Shown here in pieces: positions 39,596-48,945 of a DNA stretch of 64,000 nt. The notes beneath the pieces were generated by a model. It ran no database searches and was not told the DNA's origin. It saw only the letters and a list, made by a program, of their open reading frames with translations. Within the stretch, counting starts at the first letter, position 1. Each line of letters starts with the position of its first letter. Source of the stretch: Planctomycetota bacterium (lineage in GTDB: Bacteria > Planctomycetota > PLA2 > JAEUHO01); the NCBI GenBank assembly GCA_965222115.1, contig CBDCTJ010000007.1, positions 2,368,001 to 2,432,000 of the forward strand, written 5' to 3'. Position numbers and translations under genes: made by a program.

Positions 39596-41050
39596 TTGGT
39601 TAAGATTCCTGTTGGAATCCCTGTAGTCATTGCCGCCGTAGGGACGGATCCGCGTTTCGCCAAACTGGTGACGCGCTATCTGCTCTCCGCCGCATTTTGG
39701 CTGTTGCTGGGGAGCGCGCTCGGGCTGTTGGCCGCATTCAAACTCGTTCATCCCGATCTCCTCGGGGATGTCGCATGGTTAAACTTCGGGCGCATTCGTC
39801 CGGCGCACGTCATGACGGTGCTCTTTGGATGGGCCTCGCTGGCGCTTGTCGGTCTTTCGTTTTACGTCATCGTTAAGTGTGCGTGGCTGCCAACCCACAA
39901 GCCGCTAGGCAGCGTCGAGCGTATGATGGCCAATGCGGCGCTCGTCCTTTGGAACCTTGGAGTGGCCATTGGCATGGTTGTCATGTTGGGCGGCGACCTG
40001 AATGCTGGGCGTGAATATCGCGTCTATCCCATCTACGCCATGGCGCCCATCTTCATTGGCGCTGCCCTGATTGGCATCATCTTCTATCGATGCCTTGCGC
40101 GACGCGCCGTCAAGACAATCTACATCTCGGCGTGGTTCATTTTGGCGTCGTGTTTCTGGGTGGCGGTCACGGTGTTCATGGGGTACCAGCCGTGGTGGCG
40201 CACCGGCATTGCCGATCGCATCGTGGATGGCTTCTATATTCACAATGCTGTGGGCATGTGGTTTACGCCCTTGGCCGTTGGCCTCACGTACTACGCCCTG
40301 CCCAAGCTCCTCAACAAGCCGATTTACTCGTACGCACTCGGTGTGCTCGGCTTCTTTACACACATTCTCTTCTATACCGTGATCGGCACCCACCACTACG
40401 TCCACTCGCCCGTGCCCGTGTGGATGCAGTCGATGGCCGTCATCTTTAGCGTGGCCATGATCGTTCCCGTGTGGGCAAGCACCGGCAACTTCCTGCTCAC
40501 CATGAAGGGCGAGCGTGTTGCCATCAGCCATAGCTACTCGCTCCCGTTCTTTGTGATTGGCGTGATTGGCTATGCCTTGGCGTCGCTTCAAGGGACGGCC
40601 GAGTCGCTACCGGAAGTTCAGGAGACGCTGCACCTCACACACTACACGGTGGGGCACGCCCACTTCGCGCTCTACGCCTTTGTGAGCTTCTTGGTGTGGG
40701 GTTGCATTTACGGACTGGTTCCGCGCATGACCGGGCGCGAGCCGCCCGTGTTGCTCGTGGGCGTCCACTTCTGGCTGGCACTGGCGGGCATCATCATCTA
40801 TGTCGTCGGTCTGTGCTGGGGCGGCCATAAACAAGGCGGTTCGTGGGTTGAAGGCGAGCCCTTTATCGAATCCGTTCGATCCGTTGCACCGCACATGGTT
40901 TGGCGCGCCGTTGGAGGCGTTTTGATGACTGCCTCACACGTGGTGTTCGTGGCCTGCCTTTGGCGCATGCGGCCGGGCGCACTCACCATGGCGTTTGGTG
41001 CCGAAGGCGGTGAGTCAACGATGGCGGGTCCCAGCGGAGCAGCATCGTGA
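39596..41050 (+). CDS. ccoN: cbb3-type (family C) heme-copper oxidase subunit I
   Basis: FGRIRPAH, GREY, YIHNAVG, PIYSY.L, FY.VIGTHHY, VGHAH; all six His ligands present. Confidence 0.9.
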   Translation: MVKIPVGIPVVIAAVGTDPRFAKLVTRYLLSAAFWLLLGSALGLLAAFKLVHPDLLGDVAWLNFGRIRPAHVMTVLFGWASLALVGLSFYVIVKCAWLPTHKPLGSVERMMANAALVLWNLGVAIGMVVMLGGDLNAGREYRVYPIYAMAPIFIGAALIGIIFYRCLARRAVKTIYISAWFILASCFWVAVTVFMGYQPWWRTGIADRIVDGFYIHNAVGMWFTPLAVGLTYYALPKLLNKPIYSYALGVLGFFTHILFYTVIGTHHYVHSPVPVWMQSMAVIFSVAMIVPVWASTGNFLLTMKGERVAISHSYSLPFFVIGVIGYALASLQGTAESLPEVQETLHLTHYTVGHAHFALYAFVSFLVWGCIYGLVPRMTGREPPVLLVGVHFWLALAGIIIYVVGLCWGGHKQGGSWVEGEPFIESVRSVAPHMVWRAVGGVLMTASHVVFVACLWRMRPGALTMAFGAEGGESTMAGPSGAAS

Positions 41051-41754
41051 TTTTCGATATGCATAAGAGCCATCGCTTCGTGTTCTGGGCTCCAGCGCTG
41101 CTCTATTCGGTGTTGGTCTTGGTGGTGGCGGTGATTCCCGCGATCAGCGCGAAGGACCTGGAGTCAAAGCAACCCAAGCCCGAGACGTCTGAACTCGTGG
41201 CGAAGGGGCGCGAGCTGTATCTCAGCTACAACTGCGTGTGCTGTCATTCTCAGCAGATTCGCGGCGACTGGCATAAGCGCTACAAGACCGGTGGAGGCTG
41301 GGTTACGCCGGTTCTCACCGCCGATGCCATTTATTCGCGGCAGCGTGCTTCCGATGCGAAAGATTATCTGCACCAAGATCCGCCGCTGCTTGGTACGCAG
41401 CGAACCGGTCCCGATTTGACGAATGTGGGCGACCGATTGCCCGGGGCACAGTGGCACTACTGGCATCTCTATGATCCACGTTCGGTATCGCCCGATTCCA
41501 TCATGCCGCCCTATCGCTTCTTGTTCACCACCGAAGAACCCCCCGCGTCGGAGGTTGGAAACTACGACCGCGTAGACGTGATCGACGGCTTGGGCGTGAA
41601 AGGTGGCAAATTATGGGCCAAGCCGGAGGCAAAGGCGCTCGTGGAATACCTCTTGGATCTGCGCAACAAGGATCCGAGTGAAGAAACGTTGGGGACCGAC
41701 GACGGCACCGCACCCAATAAGGGCGACGCGCCCAATAGCAATGGAGGGAAGTAA
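41047..41754 (+). CDS. ccoO: cbb3-type oxidase subunit II
   Basis: TM, GRELY..NCVCCHSQQIR, LLGTQRTGPDL, HLYDPRSVSPDSIMP. Confidence 0.9.
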   Translation: MIFDMHKSHRFVFWAPALLYSVLVLVVAVIPAISAKDLESKQPKPETSELVAKGRELYLSYNCVCCHSQQIRGDWHKRYKTGGGWVTPVLTADAIYSRQRASDAKDYLHQDPPLLGTQRTGPDLTNVGDRLPGAQWHYWHLYDPRSVSPDSIMPPYRFLFTTEEPPASEVGNYDRVDVIDGLGVKGGKLWAKPEAKALVEYLLDLRNKDPSEETLGTDDGTAPNKGDAPNSNGGK

Positions 41755-42035
41755 TGTTGCTGGCCGTGCAACACGCATTCGCCGGTAGCCCTTTCGCTGG
41801 CGGTCATGTTCATCCGTCCTGGGAGTCCTTTGGCGCCTTGGAATGGACGGTGATTGGGTTAGCAGGCCTCATCACGGCGTGGTCCATCTGGAAGTGTGTG
41901 AGCTACACGATCCGACCCGGCGAAGACGATCCCGCACACATCAAACACGGCATTTTGAATGACAGCGTTGCCATTGATGCAACACTCAGGCAAGTAGAAG
42001 TTACACGTACGAGTGACACGAGGTGCGCACCATGA
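41754..42035 (+). CDS. Small membrane protein in the cbb3 cluster
   Basis: 93 aa, one TM, RPGE.DP.HIK..IL; overlaps the stop and start codons of both neighbours. Confidence 0.6.
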   Translation: MLLAVQHAFAGSPFAGGHVHPSWESFGALEWTVIGLAGLITAWSIWKCVSYTIRPGEDDPAHIKHGILNDSVAIDATLRQVEVTRTSDTRCAP

Positions 42036-44233
42036 CGACGTCACCTATTCCCGACAAATCCGACATCAAGATCTATCTCGATGACTCTACGGAACCGTTT
42101 AAGACCGCCCAGCCGCCCGTTCGTTTTCCATTCTCCACCATCAACTTGCCCGACGGTCCTCACGTACTTCGTATTGAAGCGAGCAACGGTCTCGCGCCGC
42201 CATCCGTCAAGGAGATTCCGTTTCGCGTGCGGAATGGCGTGGCGCTAAGTGTGTCCGGTCTTGAACCGGAGCAGACGATTGGTGGTCAAGTCGAGCTCAT
42301 TGTCAATGCCTATGCGGGCAACACCGAAGTCGACTTTGAACCCGGTAAGGCCGAAACGCCGCGCCCCGTTCCCACCTGGGCGTGGGTCGTCTTGCTTGGC
42401 ATCACCGCATGGTCGCTCTTTTACATGTTCAATCCCAACCGTCCACCGCGTGAAGCCGCTGCGGCGTTGCGACGCCCATCGTGGGAAATGGGCAAGCAGG
42501 TCTATGTCAATACGTGTGCTAGGTGCCACGGCGAAGATGGACTCGGCCGCAAGAGTTCGGTGGGGGATAAGGGCGTCGCGCGCCTGCGCGAAACACCCAC
42601 GCTTGCCGTAGCGCAGACTCCGTTTCGACTGCTCAAGAAGGTTTCCATGGGGGTCCACGGCACGCAAATGCCTGCGTGGGGCCAACTTTTGAGCAACGAG
42701 GAAATCGTATCGGTTGTCAACTATGTGCGTACCAGTTGGGGACACGACGCATCCACGATTGTGCTCGACAAGCGTCATCCCCCCGAGGGTATTGAAGAAC
42801 TCGAGGCTCGGCTGGCGCAGGCCATGAAACACAAAGACGCGGAGGAAATGGGGCAGTGCTGCTGGCCCAAGACCACGCGCCCCGCGCTCTACCGCACTGA
42901 CTTGCCAAAGGGCGGCGTCAATGGCACGCGCGATGTGGCAAAGGCATGGAATTCATACTTCAAAGCACTCTGCGATGGTCGCATTGAAGACTTCCAACTG
43001 CTCGAAACGCGCTACGACTACGAGCCCGAGACGGTACACCACGAGCGCGCGCGGGTGGTTGCTATGGGGCGTATCTATCTTTCGACGGTGACCGACTCTG
43101 GCAAACTCGAGCACAAGCGCGGCAGCTTTATTCGTGTGTATGGCCGCAATGGCAAGGATTGGTTCCTTGAGTTTGATTTCGCGGACATACCGATGGCGAT
43201 TGGATGTGAGCCCGATGCCGTGGCCGATGGCGTGGTGCACGCAACACCGGGTAGCGGTACCCCGACCTCAGGCAGCACATCAACGTCCCAGCCTCCCGCT
43301 GCGCATGGCGCACTCAGTTACGAGAATGTGCAGAATCTATTTCGCGCGTTGGAGCCCAATCCCCAAGACGCGCCCCACGATGCGTTCTGGAATCTTCCCT
43401 ACAAGGAATTCGTTGAACTTGTGTTCCCCGAATCCTGGGACGACTTCGACAACAAGATCAAAATGATCAAGGTGGGGGACGGTGCGAATTCCAACTTGAT
43501 TCGCGCGTTGCGTGATGGTCGCGGCATTGTCGTCGACCTTCCCGGTGGCAAGACTAAGACGATCAATATCTCGCGTATGCCCAAGGGCGCGAAGCCCATG
43601 CCCGCCGAAGACATCGACGCCATATCCAAATGGATCGATGCAGGGTGTCCGGAACATGCGTCGGCAGGCAGTGTTGCGCCGAAGGACTCCGGACCGGGCG
43701 GCGTGCCGAAAGATCCAGGTACGACACGTGGACCCGCGCCAGGCCAACCGGTTGGATTTGCCGACGTCATCGCAGCGTTCAAGCGACTCAAGGGCAGCCC
43801 ACAAGATGCAGGCCACGAGGCATTTTGGGAACGCGGCTATGCCGACTTTGTGTCGCTCAAGTTTCCCTTCTCCTGGGACGACCCCGACTTGCAGATCCGA
43901 ATGATTGAGCCCTGGAATGCAGCGGGCTCCAACATGATTCGAGCACTTCGGGACGGAAAGGGCATCGTGGTCATAAAGGACGACGGGAAAACCATCACGA
44001 GGGACATTCCGCGTATGCCCAAGAACAGTCCGCCCATGCCCGAGGCCGACATTCAGATGATTGAGCGCTGGATCAACGCTGGCTGTCCCGAGAAGCCTGG
44101 TGGTAAGCCATTTGCGCCAAAGCCCGGCGGCTCGGGTACGAGCAAAGGCCGCGACGTCTCCGATCAACCTAGCGAGTCGGGCGGAGCGAATCCGGCGCCG
44201 AACGAGTCGTTCCCAGAGCCGGACAAGAAGTAG
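42032..44233 (+). CDS. Multidomain cytochrome c (Ig-like, TM, CxxCH, NTF2-like, two Cys-less cytochrome-like repeats)
   Basis: CARCH...MPAW class I cytochrome c; internal duplication of about 115 aa at ~43313-43655 and ~43751-44093. Confidence 0.75.
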   Translation: MTTSPIPDKSDIKIYLDDSTEPFKTAQPPVRFPFSTINLPDGPHVLRIEASNGLAPPSVKEIPFRVRNGVALSVSGLEPEQTIGGQVELIVNAYAGNTEVDFEPGKAETPRPVPTWAWVVLLGITAWSLFYMFNPNRPPREAAAALRRPSWEMGKQVYVNTCARCHGEDGLGRKSSVGDKGVARLRETPTLAVAQTPFRLLKKVSMGVHGTQMPAWGQLLSNEEIVSVVNYVRTSWGHDASTIVLDKRHPPEGIEELEARLAQAMKHKDAEEMGQCCWPKTTRPALYRTDLPKGGVNGTRDVAKAWNSYFKALCDGRIEDFQLLETRYDYEPETVHHERARVVAMGRIYLSTVTDSGKLEHKRGSFIRVYGRNGKDWFLEFDFADIPMAIGCEPDAVADGVVHATPGSGTPTSGSTSTSQPPAAHGALSYENVQNLFRALEPNPQDAPHDAFWNLPYKEFVELVFPESWDDFDNKIKMIKVGDGANSNLIRALRDGRGIVVDLPGGKTKTINISRMPKGAKPMPAEDIDAISKWIDAGCPEHASAGSVAPKDSGPGGVPKDPGTTRGPAPGQPVGFADVIAAFKRLKGSPQDAGHEAFWERGYADFVSLKFPFSWDDPDLQIRMIEPWNAAGSNMIRALRDGKGIVVIKDDGKTITRDIPRMPKNSPPMPEADIQMIERWINAGCPEKPGGKPFAPKPGGSGTSKGRDVSDQPSESGGANPAPNESFPEPDKK

Positions 44234-44365
44234 CGCCTCGTTGGGCGTGGAATTCCGGCTTCCGATCTGAGTTTCGTGCGTGCTCCGGTCATTCACTTCG
44301 CTTGGCAATCCCGCCCGCCCGGGTATCTTCTCCCCCCGCGCTTGACGCGCCAATCAAACACACAC

Positions 44366-44439
44366 GCCCGCTTAGCTCAGTTGGTTAGAGCAACGGATTC
44401 TTAATCCGTGGGTCCGGGGTTCGAGTCCCTGAGCGGGTA
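44366..44439 (+). tRNA. tRNA-Lys(CTT)
   Basis: GCCCGCTTAGCTCAGTTGGTTAGAGCA-ACGGA-TTCTTAA-TCCGT...GGTTCGAGTCC...AGCGGGTA; CCA not encoded. Confidence 0.96.
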
Positions 44440-44440
44440 C
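44397..44440 (+). repeat. attL core (tRNA-Lys 3' half)
   Basis: ATTCTTAATCCGTGGGTCCGGGGTTCGAGTCCCTGAGCGGGTAC. Confidence 0.92.
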
Positions 44441-44531
44441 TTTCCATAGCGCAAATAATGGCCTTTCTGCTGCTGTCCCTCCTGTGCTCCAAACTTCATC
44501 GGGGCAGATATCGGGGCAGAAAGGACCTCCG

Positions 44532-45584
44532 ATGGCATGGATCGAGTGGCACACAACCAAAGAGGGGCAACGCACTGCAACTGTGCGCTGGCGATTCAAA
44601 GACGGCACAAAGGGACGCGAGGCGTTAGGAGTCATTGGCGCCAAGCGCGCTGAGATGTATCGCACGCATGCCGAGAAGCGATACGAAGGCAAAGACCCCG
44701 CATTGCTCCATCAAACCGACGCGAGCCTCTCGCTTGGTCTGTTCCTTGCGCATATGCGGGCCACGGATGTTTCGAGTGAGACCGTCGGCTACTACAAGGG
44801 GAAACTCACACCCGTGGTTGACGCACTTGGCCTGCGCTGGCAGTCGTGGTCGCCGCTTGCGATCGAACGGTTCTTGATGCGACGAGACTGCTCGCCGGCT
44901 ACGAAACGAAAGACGCTTGGCGCCATCCGACGCTTCGTGAGATGGGCCGAGCGAAACGGCGCGCCCGTGCACGACATGACCGATGGCGTGAGTTTGCCAA
45001 AGTCCAAGCCGGTCATTCGCGAGTACTTAACGCTCGAGCAAGTTCAAAGCGTTATCGCTGAAGCAGAGGGCCATGCGTGGCTTCAGGCGCCGGTTGCGCT
45101 GGCTGCATACGCTGGATTGTCGCTAGGCGATCTACGGTCTCTCGACTGGTCTGAGGTCGATCTCGAGAAGAACGTGATCCGACGAGTACGCGACAAGACG
45201 GGCGAGCGCATGCTCACGCCGCTCATTCCACAGCTCGTTGCCATCCTCCGGCGCGAGTGGATGCGACAGGGGCGGCCCGCTGAAGGATCTGTATGCTCTG
45301 AGTTTCCGCGCAGCAAGAGCAGCGCGGGGAAAGCGCTGCGCGCGCTCCAGGTCGCCGCGGGTATCTCTGACGCCCCCAAGGGTCAGAACGGCTGGCACCG
45401 CTACCGCCGCTCCGTTGCTACGACACTCCACAAGCTCAAGGTTCCCGGCCCGATTATTGGGCAAGTGCTCTCACATGCCCCTGACTCGATGATGTGGGCA
45501 AAGTACGTCGTGGTTGACGAGGACGACGTCGTAGAAGCCATGGAGAAGCTGGGGCGTGAGGTTGAGCGGGTGGCTGGGGGATAG
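44532..45584 (+). CDS. Tyrosine recombinase/integrase
   Basis: YAGLSLGDLRSLDW, RDKT, WHRYRRS, LSH, KY; immediately downstream of the tRNA. Confidence 0.88.
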   Translation: MAWIEWHTTKEGQRTATVRWRFKDGTKGREALGVIGAKRAEMYRTHAEKRYEGKDPALLHQTDASLSLGLFLAHMRATDVSSETVGYYKGKLTPVVDALGLRWQSWSPLAIERFLMRRDCSPATKRKTLGAIRRFVRWAERNGAPVHDMTDGVSLPKSKPVIREYLTLEQVQSVIAEAEGHAWLQAPVALAAYAGLSLGDLRSLDWSEVDLEKNVIRRVRDKTGERMLTPLIPQLVAILRREWMRQGRPAEGSVCSEFPRSKSSAGKALRALQVAAGISDAPKGQNGWHRYRRSVATTLHKLKVPGPIIGQVLSHAPDSMMWAKYVVVDEDDVVEAMEKLGREVERVAGG

Positions 45585-46162
45585 TCACCCTACACTTCCC
45601 GCGCACCGCGGCACTCCCATCCAGGCCTTGACTGGAGCGCAACCCAAAGGGATCTCTTCCGCCTCGCCTAGCCAGGGTGGCGAGGACGGCTCGGGCTCTG
45701 CCGCTGCGGTGTGGCTGCTGTGCTCGATGCTCAGCGGCAATCCGCTACGCTCTGCGCCAAGTAACATGATCTGCATGCTATGAGAGTATCCGCGTCACGG
45801 CGAATCGAGCCCATTCGAGGGCGAGCGCCCCGATCATGTCCTCCAGTTGACACCTTGCGTTTCATACGTGCGTGCAGATTAGATCAAGATGGTCGAGAGA
45901 GCGCACTGTCGGTCCATGAAGGTCTCCGGGGATGTCGCTCTCGACCGCCCCGCCAGCCTGTCGCTACAATTCGATCCCTTTCAGCGGATATGACCGCGCG
46001 ACATCGCGCCTCGCCCTCTATTCCCGAATCAGATAATGACGGATAAATTGCATCTGAATCCTCCATTGGATTAGATTGCACGGCTTGCAAGGCCATTATT
46101 TGGGATATGAGCCGCATTAGCCGCTTTCCAAGACAATTATTTTTAAGATAGGGTTTTTCTTG

Positions 46163-46191
46163 TTGCATATCTAGTTGGGATAGCGTACGAT
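46163..46191 (+). promoter_or_regulatory. sigma70-like promoter for the wHTH gene
   Basis: TTGCAT-N17-TACGAT in an AT-rich stretch, followed by a GGGAGG RBS. Confidence 0.55.
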
Positions 46192-46226
46192 GATCAATCA
46201 TAGGACCCGGAATAGGGAGGTTTCCC

Positions 46227-46730
46227 ATGCCGCTTGATGATCTCGATCGCCAGCAAATCCGAAAATTCGAAGCGCGAATGGAGTTGGCTTTAGCGGAGTT
46301 GCGCAAATGGCAGACCGCCATCAATGCCGTTCATGAGGCAGCGGACGAGAAGCCTCCCTATGACCTTCAGGATTCAGTGAGGGGTGTGGAAGAAAGGAGC
46401 GTTGGCGTAGGCTACGGGCGTGGCGAATTCCATGGGAAGCCTCTCGCCACCGTCGTCAAGCGGATTATCAGGGATCAAGGCCCGATGAGCGCGCACGAGT
46501 TGTACGAAATCATGGAAGGCGGCGGATTCGACTTTGGGGATAGCTCGGAAGGTAAGGCGCTCCATGGACTGAAAATCAGCCTGGGCAAGAATCGAGCTTT
46601 CACGAAGATGCCCAATGGCTTCTACAACATCGCCACTGAGGGTGTTAAACGCCGCAAGACCGTCAAACGCGTGCGAATAGGAGCGGATAAGGACAACGAC
46701 GAAGAGGAGGGGGCGCATGAGAGCGTGTAG
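46227..46730 (+). CDS. Coiled-coil plus winged-helix (HARE-HTH-like) protein
   Basis: KPLATVVKRII..GPMSAHELYE.M..GG...LKISL...F.KMPNG.Y; strong RBS. Confidence 0.65.
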   Translation: MPLDDLDRQQIRKFEARMELALAELRKWQTAINAVHEAADEKPPYDLQDSVRGVEERSVGVGYGRGEFHGKPLATVVKRIIRDQGPMSAHELYEIMEGGGFDFGDSSEGKALHGLKISLGKNRAFTKMPNGFYNIATEGVKRRKTVKRVRIGADKDNDEEEGAHESV

Positions 46731-46751
46731 GGGCGCGTCGAGCGTCCTCTG

Positions 46752-46930
46752 AAAAGAGCGGGGCGGGACAGCGAAACCCACCAGCCCGGAAAGCGACGGG
46801 AAGTACCGCCGCCCCGCTCAACTCGACGCGAGGAGTGGCCGTTTAAGCAGCCGCTCCTCACCAAACCTCTCAGTGTTGCCGCTCCCACTGGGAGTCCGCA
46901 TGAATACACCGATTTGGCTCGTACGTACCA
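46752..46930 (-). ncRNA. Candidate small RNA of about 180 nt
   Basis: Minus-strand TTGACA-N17-TAGTCT (46965-46937), internal hairpins, 11-bp closing stem GAGCGGGGCGG/CCGCCCCGCTC followed by TTTT. Confidence 0.45.
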
Positions 46931-46999
46931 GTATAGAGACTAATTCGGCTGTTTGGCGGTGTCAAGAGAGCGGCTCTCTCATTCTTGGAGCCAAATACA

Positions 47000-47140
47000 A
47001 TGGCAAAGCCAAAGTTGAATAGCCGCAAAGCCCCAAAGGGCAAACGACTCATCTTTCGGCCCTGGATCACGCACCCAACTACAGGGAAACGGATCTATCC
47101 ACGCAACGGCAAAGTCTTCCCAATTTGGATTGATGACTAA
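47000..47140 (+). CDS. 46-aa basic microprotein (absent from the ORF track)
   Basis: MAKPKLNSRKAPKGKRLIFRPWITHPTTGKRIYPRNGKVFPIWIDD; TTGGAG RBS; downstream terminator. Confidence 0.7.
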   Translation: MAKPKLNSRKAPKGKRLIFRPWITHPTTGKRIYPRNGKVFPIWIDD

Positions 47141-47180
47141 GCCAATCACGTCGCACACTTCATAGTGCGACGACGTATCT

Positions 47181-47238
47181 ACAGCGTCGCCCCGTATGGC
47201 AAGTGAGGGCTTGCGTGCGCGGGGCGGCGCTGTCTTTT
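47181..47238 (+). terminator. Intrinsic terminator-like stem
   Basis: ACAGCGTCGCCCCG...CGGGGCGGCGCTGT followed by CTTTT. Confidence 0.55.
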
Positions 47239-47553
47239 ACGCCCTACGCATTACCCGGTCCGCGAACACATGGATCAGGCGGCCTCTCGCCTTGCGGGGA
47301 CCACGTGTGTCGCTCTTCGTTCGCACCCTGATTCTTCGAATCCGATTTTCCTGGCGGACTCCACGCATGAATTACGAAGATCAATTAGAGCACTTCGCTA
47401 AAGCGCGAGATTGGCGTCATTTAGTGTGCAAGATTTGTGTTCGCTTAAGAATTCCTGGCGGACTCTGGGTGTGGTTTGCGAGGTAGGGGGTGTGGGGAAT
47501 GCGTAAGGACGCGCGACCCGTGAATCTAGCAACTTTGGTATAGGAGAATCGGT

Positions 47554-47940
47554 ATGCGTGTAGAGAACCGAAAGTGGAACAATGCGATGATGGGCACAAG
47601 CAACGCCTGGGCGAACCTGCCCACCCCGATGGAGTTGGAGGTTGACGGAGAAGGAAACAACTTGCTCGTTTTCGTCAACTTGTCAAGGGTGCAAAACAAC
47701 TCAAGAAATAGGAATGTCAGTTTTCGATTGGTCGTGGACGGCGCGCCGATCGCGCATGTAAATACCGGCGACGCAAGTCACTGGGGCTACGACGCGCTTT
47801 CTTTTCACGGGTATACCCGCGTCGGTAACGGGCATGTGCACGTGGAGGTCCAATACTACACGCAAGGTGGAACCGTGATTTGGTATGACAACAATGATGG
47901 AAGGCAAGAGCGCCTCTTGACTGCCGTTCGCTTCGGCTAG
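47554..47940 (+). CDS. Hypothetical all-beta protein (128 aa)
   Basis: TAGGAG RBS; alternating beta pattern (FRLVVDG, GHVHVEVQY) like a small jelly-roll domain. Confidence 0.65.
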   Translation: MRVENRKWNNAMMGTSNAWANLPTPMELEVDGEGNNLLVFVNLSRVQNNSRNRNVSFRLVVDGAPIAHVNTGDASHWGYDALSFHGYTRVGNGHVHVEVQYYTQGGTVIWYDNNDGRQERLLTAVRFG

Positions 47941-48116
47941 ATATCGAGGCTTCCGCAGGGCCTCCACGTCCACCACGTGGGGGCTCTCTTCGTTTCGGTG
48001 CTTGGTGAATCGGCCGCACGTGGGGCATGTCGCAACTGAAAATGCCCGTGGGCAAGCGGCTGTCGGACGCAAGTACGAAAGAGCGCCGCCCACGGACATG
48101 AATCTAGTTGACTCAT

Positions 48117-48269
48117 CTAGGGCTCTACGCCATTGCCTCCACATCGAGAGCAGCGTCCAGAGCCATAGCACGTGCCACACGAGCCAGGGCCTGAACCGTT
48201 GTCACCCGTTCCGAAGCAAGATCCCTGGCACTTGCCGATGCCGTCGCAATGTTGACATCGTCCAGCCAT
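48117..48269 (-). CDS. 50-aa DnaJ-type zinc-finger microprotein
   Basis: CQHCDGIG, CQGSCFGTG, CGTCYGSG, CSRCGGNG; AAGGAGG RBS. Confidence 0.75.
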   Translation of the reverse strand: MAGRCQHCDGIGKCQGSCFGTGDNGSGPGSCGTCYGSGRCSRCGGNGVEP

Positions 48270-48286
48270 TTCAGCCTCCTTTCTCA

Positions 48287-48475
48287 CTAGCAGGGCGCGC
48301 CGGTTGAGTACCAATCGCCATAGTTGACGTCAGTGACTCGTGAACTCCCGTCGTCATAGTGGGTCACCGTTGTGACGACCTTCCGCCTGTGCAGTGTTTG
48401 GGCATTCGTTGAACTGTCGTGCCTGCACTCAGTTTGATACTCGGTGCGGTGCTCTTTACGGACTTCTTCGGCCAT
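48287..48475 (-). CDS. 62-aa hypothetical protein
   Basis: TAGGAG RBS; co-oriented with the zinc-finger ORF and 17 bp upstream of it. Confidence 0.6.
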   Translation of the reverse strand: MAEEVRKEHRTEYQTECRHDSSTNAQTLHRRKVVTTVTHYDDGSSRVTDVNYGDWYSTGAPC

Positions 48476-48689
48476 TGCATTCTCCTAATTGCAGCTCACT
48501 TGAGTCGCTACTAGGATGAACGCAATTGGGGTTGGGTTCGCCTCATGGGAATTGACAGACGGATGTGAGTCGCCTTCTCGACATCGCGACTTGAGTTCTC
48601 GTATGGTGTCCATTGACTTGCGGTTTCATCTTCTATGCGCCGCGAGACTGGTGAACCGGCGCGCATGGAGAGAGGGTAGTGATCTTCTC

Positions 48690-48854
48690 CTACTTGGGAG
48701 CGCGCAAAGCGAACACGAAGTAAATCAAACTCGCCGCAAGAAACACGATGTTCACTGTCCTCGCAAACGGCGGCGCACCTTTAGGCCAAATCTGGCCGGC
48801 GAGCACGACGACGTTGAGCAGCAGGAGAATGGGGATGAGTGCTCGGTTCTTCAT
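48690..48854 (-). CDS. 54-aa two-TM microprotein
   Basis: MKNRALIPILLLLNVVVLAGQIWPKGAPPFARTVNIVFLAASLIYFVF; AAGGA RBS. Confidence 0.65.
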   Translation of the reverse strand: MKNRALIPILLLLNVVVLAGQIWPKGAPPFARTVNIVFLAASLIYFVFALRAPK

Positions 48855-48945
48855 TTGGGTTGGTCCTTGGGGGGTGTAACGCGTTGGCGGGTTGCCACAC
48901 GCTTGGTGAATCGGCCGAGCATGGAGAGAGGGTGGCGTGAGAGAG

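Larger units (their letters stand above)
48000..48933. repeat. Dispersed ~33-bp repeat between micro-ORFs
   Basis: GCTTGGTGAATCGGCCGAGCATGGAGAGAGGGT at 48901-48933, a variant at 48646-48677, and the 17-bp core at 48000-48016. Confidence 0.8.

Noticed and set aside
43337-44353. Long antisense ORFs (also 30658-31674, 7241-8011, 19767-20555)
   Set aside because: Shadow frames of well-supported genes in GC-rich DNA
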